Assembly: GCF_001194135.2 (NCBI RefSeq)
Contig: NC_068988.1
Location: 18,250,853 to 18,293,414, forward strand
Direction of reading: 5' to 3'
DNA length: 42,562 bases
Origin: Octopus bimaculoides
Taxonomy: Eukaryota
In this document: positions 1 through 9,973 of the stretch, piece after piece
How positions within the stretch are numbered: position 1 is the first letter of the stretch
How the letters are laid out: the number at the start of each line of letters is the position of its first letter
Notes under the pieces: model-generated
Told to the model about the DNA's origin: nothing
Databases searched by the model: none
Seen by the model: the letters and a program-made list of their open reading frames with translations, nothing else
Translations under genes and position numbers: made by a program

Positions 1-50
<50 letters not shown>

Positions 51-114
51 GCGATGCTCAAATACAAGCACACACAACTTCCACTCACATTCTCACTTAC
101 ACACAGACATATAT

Positions 115-1570
115 AGGACCAATCAATGCTTGATAAGCTATTTAGCATATCACTAAAATATTTTTACAACTGTTCAAGGATATTCCTCAAATTTGTAATA
201 AGTGTTTTGCTATCCTTAGTCTTGATGGGAAAAAAAGAAATTGCATGAGAACAATAAGCCTGATTTAAAACAAAGTAAAGCTCTTTAGTATCACTTTTGT
301 TGTATTCTTTCTGGAGATCATAGACTCATTCACTCCATGACTTACTTTTTCATGCGTCTTATTTTTTTCTGAATCTCTGTGTTGTCAGTTTGAAATTGGG
401 GCAGACAATTCTTGTTTTGACAAAATTGTTTATATAAATTAGTTTGCAAGTGGAATAATCTTTGCATATATCCTAACTATTGTTAAGCCATTCTTGATTT
501 TGGGCTTTGTAAGCTCCCATTAAAATGTTTGAAATTTGGCAAACCTTGAATTTGCAGTCATCATATTTTAATTGTATCCTCCAAAGAATTAAAGCCTTAT
601 TGTAACTCCTGCCTGGCAGAGCTTCCCTTTAACTTTGCCCCATCAAGCTAATTTTGGTCTTATTTCAAACTTTAGTTCATACAAGATTATGCTCAATGTC
701 AAATACTGTATGTCTTAAAACTTGGACCTCTCTCTCATCATTCAGATATTTTCTTCTGCTTTTAATCAATTATATACCAATTCTTCGTGTGGAGGCGCAA
801 TGGCCCAGTGGTTAGGGCAGTGGACTCATGGGCATAAGATTGCGGTTTCGATTCCCAGACCGGGCGTTGTGAGTGTTTATTGAGCAAAAACACCCGAAGT
901 TCCATGAGGCTCCGGCAGGGGATGGTGGCGAACTCTGCTGTACTCTTCCACCACAACTTTCTCTCACTCTTACTTCCTGTTTCTGTTGTGCCTGTAATTC
1001 AAAGGGTCAGCCTTGTCACACAGTGTCACACTGAATATCCCCGAGAACTACGTTAAGGGTACACGTTTCTGTGGAGTGCTCAGCCACTTGCACGTTAATT
1101 TCACGAGCAGGCTGTTCCGTTGATCAGATCAACTGGAACCCTCGACGTCGTAAGTGACGGAGTGCCAACAACAACCAATTCTTGGTATACTGGTGCATCC
1201 AAATTCCTTTATGAATCTTTTTTTTTATTATTTGAAGAATGTGTTACAAGCTGAGAAATTGATTTTTGTGCCCTAGTGTGGCAAAAGGAAACAACTTCAT
1301 CCTGCAATAATTCTAAGTGGTTCCATATTTCAAAATTTTCTCTGACTCGTATTTACAACTCCAAGAATTGCTATTGTGTATCCAACTGAAACTTTCTAAA
1401 TGTCTTTTAGTTGCTCATAAAATAGATTTTTGTTTTCATTAGAGTTATTCATTGTTGGTGCATAAGAATTGATAAACATCACTAAATGACCATAACTTAG
1501 TGACATAGACATGGACGTAAGTCTATCATTTGAACCAGGTGGTAGTTCAGTAATATATGAAACTAATATT
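115..1570 (-). mobile_element. Decayed RTE-clade (BovB/RTE-1-like) LINE ORF2 fragment: APE endonuclease C-half plus linker
   Basis: Manual minus-strand translation gives ELPPGSNDRLTSM..FINSYAPTMNNSNENKNLFYEQL (cf. RTE ISAYAPTM..KEKFYEDL), CNTFF..WMHQYTKNWYI (cf. TNT.F..WMHPRSKHWHLID), NQEWLNN (cf. HQDWFDEN) and KYFSDMLN (cf. EHFNSVLN). Many stops and frameshifts. Split by the SINE at 786-1173. Confidence 0.85.
786..1173 (+). mobile_element. tRNA-derived SINE, family A, full length, with 10-bp TSD
   Basis: A-box TGGCCCAGTGG, B-box GTTTCGATTCC, (CAA)n tail; direct repeat ACCAATTCTT at 776-785 and 1174-1183. Confidence 0.9.
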
Positions 1571-1571
1571 G

Positions 1572-1722
1572 TGATCTGGCAGTTTGCTTAAGAAGATTGC
1601 TTTGCAACATGGTTTCTGGTGAAGTGCATTTTGGGCAAGTGTCCTCCACTGTAGTCATAGACCAACTAATGCCCTGTGGCAGACAGAAACTCTGTGGAAG
1701 CCTATCATGTGCATATCATATA

Positions 1723-1780
<58 letters not shown>

Positions 1781-2005
1781 CCTTTGTGTCTGTGTTTTGG
1801 TACACAGAGCCCACTGCTTGATGATTGATGTTTGTTTGTTTACATCCCTTAACTTAGTGGTTCAGAAAAAAGATAACATTAGAATAAGTACCAGGCTTAA
1901 CAAAGAAACATAAGTACCAGGATCAAGTTGTTCAGCTAAAATCCTTCAAGGCAGTGCTCCAGCATGGCTGCAGTCTAATGACTGAAACAAGATAATAAAA
2001 AAAAG
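1572..2005 (+). mobile_element. SINE family B, decayed, with internal (TG)n
   Basis: TTGGGCAAGTGTC head motif, (TG)n at ~1725-1778, then GAATAAGTACCAGG..GTGCTCCAGCATGGCTGCAGTC..GACTGAAACAAG tail shared with other copies. Confidence 0.8.
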
Positions 2006-2149
2006 TAACTGCAAAATTCTGTGCAAGCCCCCTTCTCAGACTACAATCGCTTCCCCACCAAAAAGAGAAAAATAGTGTAACCAATATTTATTTCTATATA
2101 ATGACCATCCCCAGCAACATTTTGACCCTGGTACTTATGTACCATTCCA

Positions 2150-2345
2150 TGATTGATTCAAAGGCCTTCACTATGTCAAAATATATCACATCTACATTTA
2201 AGTGATTGAGCTGTTGTTTCAGCAACCAGTTGTAATACTGTTGAAGCGGTGTGAGGCAGATCTATCATGGACAGAAGCTGTACTGCATGTCAGTGAGCAA
2301 AACAGTTTCTTTTGAGAATATGATCAGCTTCCTTCAAACAATATG
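2150..2345 (-). mobile_element. CR1/L2-like LINE reverse transcriptase fragment
   Basis: Translates to LLTDMQYSFCP**ICLTPLQQYYNWLLKQQLNHLNVDVIYFDIVKAFESI, matching the CR1-type QHGF..RSCLTQL..VDVIYLDFAKAFD motif. Confidence 0.8.
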
Positions 2346-2544
2346 CCATGTACACACATACATATTCATATATAGAGGTGTTCTCAATTTCCATTTGGTA
2401 ATTATGAACACCCTTTCGAAGTGGGGATTTAAATCAAGAATTTATGTTGTATAGTATTTGGTAAATCTGTATATGTTTATGTTGTTAACATATATAATGC
2501 TGGCCACCCCTCAGGCTGTGTACATATATATGTTCATATATATG

Positions 2545-2706
2545 ATGGGCTTCTTTCAGTTTCCGTCTACCAAATCCATTCACAAGGCTTTGGTCGGCCT
2601 GAGGCTATAGTAGAAGACACTTGCCCAAGATGCCACGCAGTGGGACTGAACCCGGAACCATGTGGTTGGTAACCAACCTACTTACCACACAGCCACTCCT
2701 ATGCCT
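2545..2706 (-). mobile_element. SINE family B head (tRNA-like plus CORE-like part)
   Basis: Minus strand AGGCATAGGAGTGGCTGTGTGG (A-box), GGTTCAGTCCC (B-box), TCTTGGGCAAGTGTCTT; near-identical to 3176-3335, 22180-22334 and 24668-24831. Confidence 0.9.
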
Positions 2707-2707
<1 letters not shown>

Positions 2708-2740
<33 letters not shown>

Positions 2741-2900
2741 GTTTCACGTCCGCTTTCCATGCTAGCATGGGTTGGACAATTTGACTGAGGACTGGTGAAC
2801 CAGATGGCTACACCAGGCTCCAATCTGATTTGGCAGAGTTTCTACAGCTGGATGCCCTTCCTAACGCCAACCACTCAGAGAGTGTAGTGGGTGCTTTTAC
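2708..2900 (-). mobile_element. SINE-like family C, 3' part with (GAT)n tail
   Basis: GGCGTTAGGAAGGGCATCCAGCTGTAGAAAC..CAACCCATGCTAGCATGGAAAGCGGACGT..(GAT)n; near-identical to 14707-14922 and 16905-17207. Confidence 0.9.
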
Positions 2901-3093
2901 TTGTTTCAGTCATTTAGCTATGGCCATTCTGGAGTACCACGTTTAGTTGAATAAATCAACACCAGGACTTATTTATTGTAAGCCTAGTACTTATTCGGTC
3001 AGTCTTTGTTTTTGCTGAACCGCTAAGTTACAAGGATGTAAACACACCAGCATCAGTTGTCAAGCGATGGTGGGGACAAACATAGACACACAA

Positions 3094-3174
<81 letters not shown>

Positions 3175-3335
3175 ACAGGCTTCTTTCAGTTTCCATCTAC
3201 CAAATCCACTCACAAGTCTTTGGTCGGCCTGAGGCTATAGTAGAAGACACTAGACCAAGGTGCCACACAGTGGGACTGAACCTGGAACAAAGTGGTTGGG
3301 AAGCAAGCTTCTTACCACACAGCCACTCCTGTGCC
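2894..3335 (-). mobile_element. SINE family B, full length, internal (TA)/(TATG)n
   Basis: Head 3335-3176 with A/B boxes, microsatellite ~3085-3170, body GAATAAGTACTAGG, tail GACTGAAACAAGTAAAAG. Confidence 0.9.
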
Positions 3336-3345
3336 TTTTTTAATT

Positions 3346-3634
3346 AGATTGGTGTTTAGTTGTATCGAACAGGCTGCCAGCTAATGACTATTCACAGGTA
3401 TAATCTCACTACTGCTTGACACAGAGTCTTTTGCCTGCTGTGTTTCTACCCCTGGGCCAAAGTGACTCTCCTTAGACAATTCGTTCCTGATGATCTCCCT
3501 CTCCGCCACCAACCATATTGATGCCAAGCTTAGCGTGGACATCCGATCACCATAGAAGACCGAGTACCAGGATTCCCATCCTCAAACCAGCCAATCAACC
3601 AAGCCTCCGAGTAGCTGGATTATAGGAGCATGCC

Positions 3635-3640
<6 letters not shown>
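3346..3640 (-). ncRNA. 7SL: Metazoan SRP RNA (7SL) copy, ~295 nt, probably a retroposed pseudogene
   Basis: Reverse complement is colinear with remembered human 7SL: GTGGCATGCTCCTATAATCCAGCTACTCGGAGGCT (Alu 5' domain), GATCGGATGTCC, GGCATCAATATGG, CTAAGGAG, GGCCCAGG..GAAAC..AGCAGG (helix 8), CAGTAGTG, CCTGTGAATAG. About 6 nt missing at the 5' end; followed by AATTAAAAAA rather than an oligo-T terminator. Confidence 0.9.
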
Positions 3641-3679
<39 letters not shown>

Positions 3680-3808
3680 CGAAGACGATCGGTGGCTATA
3701 TATATATACACTTCGTTTTGGGATTTTTGTTTGCAAGATTCTTTATGTGTGCTTGTGTGTTGAAGTATATTTTGTTGTGTCTGAGGAGATTGCTGAAAAG
3801 GTTGCAAG

Positions 3809-4085
3809 NNNNNNNNNNNNNNNNNNNNNNNNNNNNNNNNNNNNNNNNNNNNNNNNNNNNNNNNNNNNNNNNNNNNNNNNNNNNNNNNNNNNNNNNNNNN
3901 NNNNNNNNNNNNNNNNNNNNNNNNNNNNNNNNNNNNNNNNNNNNNNNNNNNNNNNNNNNNNNNNNNNNNNNNNNNNNNNNNNNNNNNNNNNNNNNNNNNN
4001 NNNNNNNNNNNNNNNNNNNNNNNNNNNNNNNNNNNNNNNNNNNNNNNNNNNNNNNNNNNNNNNNNNNNNNNNNNNNNNNNNNNNN

Positions 4086-4086
<1 letters not shown>
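3809..4086. other. Assembly gap (N run)
   Basis: Run of N; (TA)n on the right side. Confidence 1.
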
Positions 4087-4145
<59 letters not shown>

Positions 4146-4169
4146 TATGAAGAGAGAGAAATGCATTTA

Positions 4170-4340
4170 TGTGAGTGTGTTTTTGTGTTTGTACCCCACC
4201 TCTATCACCACTTCACAACCAACAGAATAAGTACTAGACTAAAAAAATAATTACTAGGATCAGTTTGTTTGACTAAAACTTTTAAGGTGGTCCTCCAGTA
4301 TGGCCACAGTCCAAAGACTGAGACAAAGAAAAAAATAAAA
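4170..4340 (+). mobile_element. SINE family B 3' fragment
   Basis: GAATAAGTACTAG..GGTGGTCCTCCAGTATGGCCACAGTC..GACTGAGACAAAG. Confidence 0.7.
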
Positions 4341-4527
4341 ATATTATTTTAGTAGTTATATTGTACGAAGGGAGGCAACTACAATGTAAAAGTGTAAAAA
4401 TTATATTCTGTTCTGGAAGAGTTTAAATAATCAATAAAGGTCAGTAAAAACAATTGGTGAAGTTTCAACAGAATAGTTCAATACACTCCACACATTCAAA
4501 AGGAAAAAAATTAGAAAGGAAAAGGGA

Positions 4528-4712
4528 GAGGCATGACCGTGTGATAAGAAGTTTGCTTTCCAACCACATGGTTCTAGTTTCAGATCCACTGCAAGGCACC
4601 TAGGACAATCTGCTATAACCCCCAGGCCAGCCAAAGCCTTTGGTAGACAGAAACTGAAAGAAACCTGTAGCGTATATATGTATGTGTGTGTGCGTGTGTG
4701 TGCGTGCGTATG

Positions 4713-4772
<60 letters not shown>

Positions 4773-5002
4773 TGCGTGCGCGTGTGTGTGTGTGTGTGTG
4801 TGTGCCTTTGCATCTGTTTGTCTGCCATCGATTGATAACCAGTGTTGGTTTGTTTACATCCCCAAAAGAGATCAATAGAAATAAGTACCAGGTTTTAAAA
4901 ATAAGAACTGGAGTTAATTCATTTGACTAAAACCATTCAATGCAGTGCCCCAGCTTGGTCGCAGTCTAGTGACTGAAGCAAGTAAAAGATAAAAGATAAA
5001 AG
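4528..5002 (+). mobile_element. SINE family B, full length, internal (TG)n
   Basis: Head CCAACCACATGGTTC..GCCAAAGCCTTTGGTAGACAGAAACTGAAAGAA, (TG)n ~4672-4803, body AATAAGTACCAGG, tail (GATAAAA)n. Confidence 0.85.
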
Positions 5003-5640
5003 AAAGATAATTATTACAAAAAGAAAGAAGGGACTTAATGTATTGGAGACTAAGTCTGCTATTTTACATTCCAAATTTTATTTACAACGTTAATGTACAA
5101 AAGAGCAAAGATAATTCTCGAATCATAAGAAATCTTCGATGATTTGATTCATCAGATTTCCAACATCCCAAAACTGCCCAATGATTCACCAAACAGCGTT
5201 GATGTTTTCTGGATAAATATGATGAAATATATCTGTGTGTATGCATGTATGTATGTCTGCATATATATTGATATGTATGGGACAACAAGGCAGTTTGAAG
5301 TACAAGAAGCCAAGAGAATGCAAGAATTTTGTAGCTTACTATATGAACAATGAACTTATACAATCCCTCTAATATTGTGACAGCAACCATTACCAGAAAC
5401 CTTCTAGAAGCCACAATTGCAAACAACTGTCTCCTTCAATTTGTGTACAACATACACCAGACATTAGTTTATATATATATAGACAGATATATGTATATAT
5501 AAAGGAGACCACTAGGTGGACTGTTAATGTGCTAGAAGAAGATCACATGTAATGTGTCTACTAAGACAGATAGATAGATAGATAAATAGATAGATAGATA
5601 AATAGATAGATAGATAGATATATAGATAGATAGACAAGTA

Positions 5641-5790
5641 CATCATCATCATCAGTAGCATTGTTTTAGAATTCATTTTTCCATTGTTGCATGGGTCAGA
5701 CAGAATTTGTTGGAGCAAATTTTCTATGGTTATATACCCTTCCTGTCACTCAATGTCAAGACAAGGAAGAAAACAGACACATACACTCAT
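5641..5790 (-). mobile_element. Family C-related repeat variant
   Basis: CATCATC..TTTCCAT..GCATGGGTCAGACA..AATGTCAAGACAAG shared with 30925-31165. Confidence 0.6.
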
Positions 5791-5804
5791 ACATATAAAC
5801 ATAC

Positions 5805-5855
<51 letters not shown>

Positions 5856-6800
5856 NNNNNNNNNNNNNNNNNNNNNNNNNNNNNNNNNNNNNNNNNNNNN
5901 NNNNNNNNNNNNNNNNNNNNNNNNNNNNNNNNNNNNNNNNNNNNNNNNNNNNNNNNNNNNNNNNNNNNNNNNNNNNNNNNNNNNNNNNNNNNNNNNNNNN
6001 NNNNNNNNNNNNNNNNNNNNNNNNNNNNNNNNNNNNNNNNNNNNNNNNNNNNNNNNNNNNNNNNNNNNNNNNNNNNNNNNNNNNNNNNNNNNNNNNNNNN
6101 NNNNNNNNNNNNNNNNNNNNNNNNNNNNNNNNNNNNNNNNNNNNNNNNNNNNNNNNNNNNNNNNNNNNNNNNNNNNNNNNNNNNNNNNNNNNNNNNNNNN
6201 NNNNNNNNNNNNNNNNNNNNNNNNNNNNNNNNNNNNNNNNNNNNNNNNNNNNNNNNNNNNNNNNNNNNNNNNNNNNNNNNNNNNNNNNNNNNNNNNNNNN
6301 NNNNNNNNNNNNNNNNNNNNNNNNNNNNNNNNNNNNNNNNNNNNNNNNNNNNNNNNNNNNNNNNNNNNNNNNNNNNNNNNNNNNNNNNNNNNNNNNNNNN
6401 NNNNNNNNNNNNNNNNNNNNNNNNNNNNNNNNNNNNNNNNNNNNNNNNNNNNNNNNNNNNNNNNNNNNNNNNNNNNNNNNNNNNNNNNNNNNNNNNNNNN
6501 NNNNNNNNNNNNNNNNNNNNNNNNNNNNNNNNNNNNNNNNNNNNNNNNNNNNNNNNNNNNNNNNNNNNNNNNNNNNNNNNNNNNNNNNNNNNNNNNNNNN
6601 NNNNNNNNNNNNNNNNNNNNNNNNNNNNNNNNNNNNNNNNNNNNNNNNNNNNNNNNNNNNNNNNNNNNNNNNNNNNNNNNNNNNNNNNNNNNNNNNNNNN
6701 NNNNNNNNNNNNNNNNNNNNNNNNNNNNNNNNNNNNNNNNNNNNNNNNNNNNNNNNNNNNNNNNNNNNNNNNNNNNNNNNNNNNNNNNNNNNNNNNNNNN
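5856..6800. other. Assembly gap (N run)
   Basis: Run of N between (TA)n tracts. Confidence 1.
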
Positions 6801-6853
<53 letters not shown>

Positions 6854-7428
6854 CATACATAAATACTTATATGTGTGTCTCTGTGTACACACACACACAC
6901 ACACACACACACATGACAACTTCCTTTACCAAAGTCATTCTCAAAGTTTTGATTGATCTGCTATTATAGCAGAAAATGCTTGGCTGAACCCAAAACATCT
7001 CAACCATGTAGTCATGTCTGTGTCTATAGCCATGTTTTAAATATGTACATCTTTGTGTGTGTGTGTGTGTGCATGTGTGAGTGCGTGTATGTGCTAACAC
7101 GTGGATGCCTGTCCTTGTGTATGTGTGTGTTTGTGCGAATGTATCCTATGTTGCTCTTCTCCTTTTTTGCCAACTGTGATTGCTGTGTATCTCCTCCACT
7201 GCAGAGAAACCACTTTCGTTTGTCTTTCTGTCATACTCTAATCTCTCATCACCTGGCTGAAAGCCACCACACTGGAGCCGGAGCAGATTTCTGCCCCAAC
7301 ATCCGAAACTCCGAGTCTTATTATGGCAACTGAATAATTGTCACATATTATATTACAGATATATATATATATATATATGCACACATGTGCGCACACACAC
7401 ACATACACTCACATACACACACACACAC

Positions 7429-7481
<53 letters not shown>

Positions 7482-7578
7482 ATTGTTAAAGAGGACAATA
7501 AATGTTAAGGTAAGGCAAACATCTCAAGTCGTATAGAATATTATTATAGAACTTTTTCCAATAATAGAATTGTATATA

Positions 7579-7764
7579 NNNNNNNNNNNNNNNNNNNNNN
7601 NNNNNNNNNNNNNNNNNNNNNNNNNNNNNNNNNNNNNNNNNNNNNNNNNNNNNNNNNNNNNNNNNNNNNNNNNNNNNNNNNNNNNNNNNNNNNNNNNNNN
7701 NNNNNNNNNNNNNNNNNNNNNNNNNNNNNNNNNNNNNNNNNNNNNNNNNNNNNNNNNNNNNNNN
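7579..7764. other. Assembly gap (N run)
   Basis: Run of N between TA dinucleotides. Confidence 1.
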
Positions 7765-7990
7765 ATATATAAAAGATAATAAGAGTGAAAAAACTACAGA
7801 AGGCTTGTGTTACATGGTTAAAGTATATATTTAAATTATGTCAGAAAAATGTTAGAAAAATATTATAAAATCTTTTTGGTATATAAACATTGTATTTAGA
7901 GAAATAACCGGTTTCGTGTTGTCTTTTCAAATTTCTCTACTTTATTGTAACGTGTTCGCTATATATATATATATTTCTATATATATATAT

Positions 7991-8413
7991 CGTTAAAAGC
8001 ACATCCGAGTGTGATCGTTGCCAGGGCCATGGATTGGCTCCCGTGCCAGTGGCATGTAAAATGTACCATTCAAGCATGATCGTTGCCATTTTTGCCTTAC
8101 CAGTAGCACATGAAAAACAACATTTGAGTGTGGTTGTTGCCAGTGCCGCCAGTCTGGCTCCCATGCAGGTAGCACATAAAAAACACCTTTTGAGCATGGC
8201 CGTTGCCAGAACCACCTGACTGGCCCTCATGCTGGTGGCATGTAAAAGCACCTGCTACACTCTCGGGGTGGTTAGCATTAAGAAGGGCATCCAGCTGTAG
8301 AAAATTTGCCAGATCAGATTGAGCCTGATGCAGCCTTCTGGCTCACCAGTCCTCAGTCAAACCGTCAAACCCATGCCAGCATGGAAAGCAGACGTTAAAT
8401 AACGATGATGATG
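7991..8413 (+). mobile_element. SINE-like family C with about four internal 55-67 bp subunits
   Basis: Repeated AAAAGCAC..GATCGTTGCCAG..CTGGCTCCC units, then GAAGGGCATCCAGCTGTAG..CCCATGCCAGCATGGAAAGCAGACGTTAAA (GAT)n. Confidence 0.85.
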
Positions 8414-8459
8414 TATGTATATATACACATATATGTTTGTGTGCGTGTATATATATATA

Positions 8460-8469
8460 NNNNNNNNNN
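8460..8469. other. Assembly gap (10 N)
   Basis: Run of N between (TA)n tracts. Confidence 1.
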
Positions 8470-8516
<47 letters not shown>

Positions 8517-8532
8517 CACCAAACTGTGTTAC

Positions 8533-8601
8533 TATAGTTGTATATCTGAATTTTAAAATGCCATTTTCATCGGTTGTAACATTCATGAGTTTTTTTTCCA
8601 T
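8533..8601 (-). CDS. Candidate internal exon MEKKLMNVTTDENGILKFRYTTI
   Basis: Acceptor TTTATCTGTTACACAG, donor ATA/GTAACA, only the phase-0 frame is open; no reliable family assignment. Confidence 0.3.
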
Positions 8602-9257
8602 CTGTGTAACAGATAAATGAGTGACTATCTATTCAAAAGTATGTATAGATTTGGTTTGAAAGGTTTAACATATGCACGTTTGCCAGTTCTTACTTGAATT
8701 TATGCATTCTTGTGCCTGTATATATGTCTGTTTGTGCAATTGAGATGTATAGATGTGTGTCAGTTGAAATGGTCAAATGGCAGTGTTTATGTACTACTTC
8801 ATTAAAAAGTGGGGAAACGCTTGTGACTTTTAGAAAACTAGCTAAGACAGTGAAGAAGAACTGGTCTGAATAATTGTATTATAAGATCTTCATTTACATG
8901 GGAGTCATGATACATATATTCACACATCCTTGCATGTATATATAGATTTATCTGTACAATGGACACTAAATGATGATGATGATGTATCGTTAAGTATGTC
9001 ATATAGATAAAGATTTTATTCAAGAGTTGCTTCTGCTGAATAAGTTGAATATATATGCGTGTGTGTGTATATGTGTGTTTGTGTTTGTACAGAAAATATG
9101 CACTGAAAGTAGTATTGATTGTGGTGTCATTATTGTATTTATTATTGATAAATTTTATTATTAATTCTCATAAATACTGACTGTTTACACTGATTTTAGA
9201 AGCCATTATCATCTGAACTTTGCATAAGCCATCACTATTATTAATATTAATAATAGC

Positions 9258-9480
9258 AAAAAGGTGGAAAGCTAGTAGAATCATTAAGCTTACCAGGCAA
9301 AATGCGTAACAGCAATTTTTCCACCTTTACATTCTAAGTTCAAATACCACCAAAGTAGACTTTGCCCTTCATCCTTTCGAGGTTGATAAAATAAGTACCA
9401 GTTCAGTACAAGGGTTGATGTAATCAATTTAAACCCTCCCTGAACTTGCTAGCTTTGTGCCAAAATTCGAAATCAATATC
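9258..9480 (+). mobile_element. SINE family D (tRNA-like head; TCATCCTTTCGAGGTTGATAAAATAAGTACCAG central motif, possibly Nin/Deu-like)
   Basis: Same motif recurs at 14425-14640(-), 25565-25765(-), 32800-32945(+), 35400-35560(+) and more decayed near 40450-40693 and 41440-41560. Confidence 0.75.
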
Positions 9481-9534
9481 ATTAATAGCAAAATAATACT
9501 TAAACACATACATACATACATACATACATACATA

Positions 9535-9954
9535 CTGGAAAAATTAGGGTTCTCAAAACCTGAAAGAAAAAGGCTGATTAGAAGACTACAGATTCAAGTC
9601 ATCAATGGAACTGTAAAGATATGTAAAACTTTGCAAAAATTTAGCACATAAATACATATGCATGCATCTAGACATGAAACTATATACATAAAAACGCATC
9701 CATAAAACAAACATACAAATCTGTGTAGAAATATATATGCATACGCCTAGGCATGAAAATATATACATAAAAACGCATCCATAAAACAAACATACAAATC
9801 TGCGCATACACTAACACCAAATACTGCACACACACACACATATGCACAAATACCTAGATGATGTTGATAAAAGTTCCAATGAAGGAGCCTTGAATCTATG
9901 TTAGAGTCCAGCTCTTTCTCTATGGACAAGAAATACCGAAATGAAACTGATTGA
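9535..9954 (+). mobile_element. R4/Dong-like (RLE-type) non-LTR retrotransposon 3' end, copy 1, 5'-truncated
   Basis: LEKLGFSKPERKRLIRRLQIQVINGTVKICKTLQKFST* then a 3' UTR ending GATGATGTTGATAAAGTTCCAATGAAGGAGCC..AAGAAAT..AAACTGA; (CATA)n on both sides; contains a 79-bp-period duplication starting at 9668 and 9747. Confidence 0.75.
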
Positions 9955-9973
9955 TACATACATACATACATAC

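Noticed and set aside
791-865. SINE heads as genuine tRNA genes (also family B and D heads)
   Set aside because: A/B boxes are present but I could not fold a cloverleaf, and each runs into SINE body sequence.
3600-3640. Alu-like string AGCCTCCGAGTAGCTGGATTATAGG suggesting human contamination
   Set aside because: Homology continues through the 7SL S domain, which Alu lacks, and the flanks are host-type SINEs.
5140-5460. Possible CR1 endonuclease relic (SDFQHPK, LLEATIANNCLLQFV)
   Set aside because: Only two short, weak motif echoes; cannot be distinguished from chance by eye.
1597-7100. Numerous ORFs reading YIYI, CVCV, HTHT or X-runs (also 11858-12494, 31422-31897, 36941-37595)
   Set aside because: Products of dinucleotide microsatellites and N gaps, not genes.
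7150-7335. GC-richer segments resembling Penelope-type terminal repeats (also 3680-3808 and 7765-7960)
   Set aside because: Single copies in this window with no diagnostic motif I can demonstrate; needs a repeat library.
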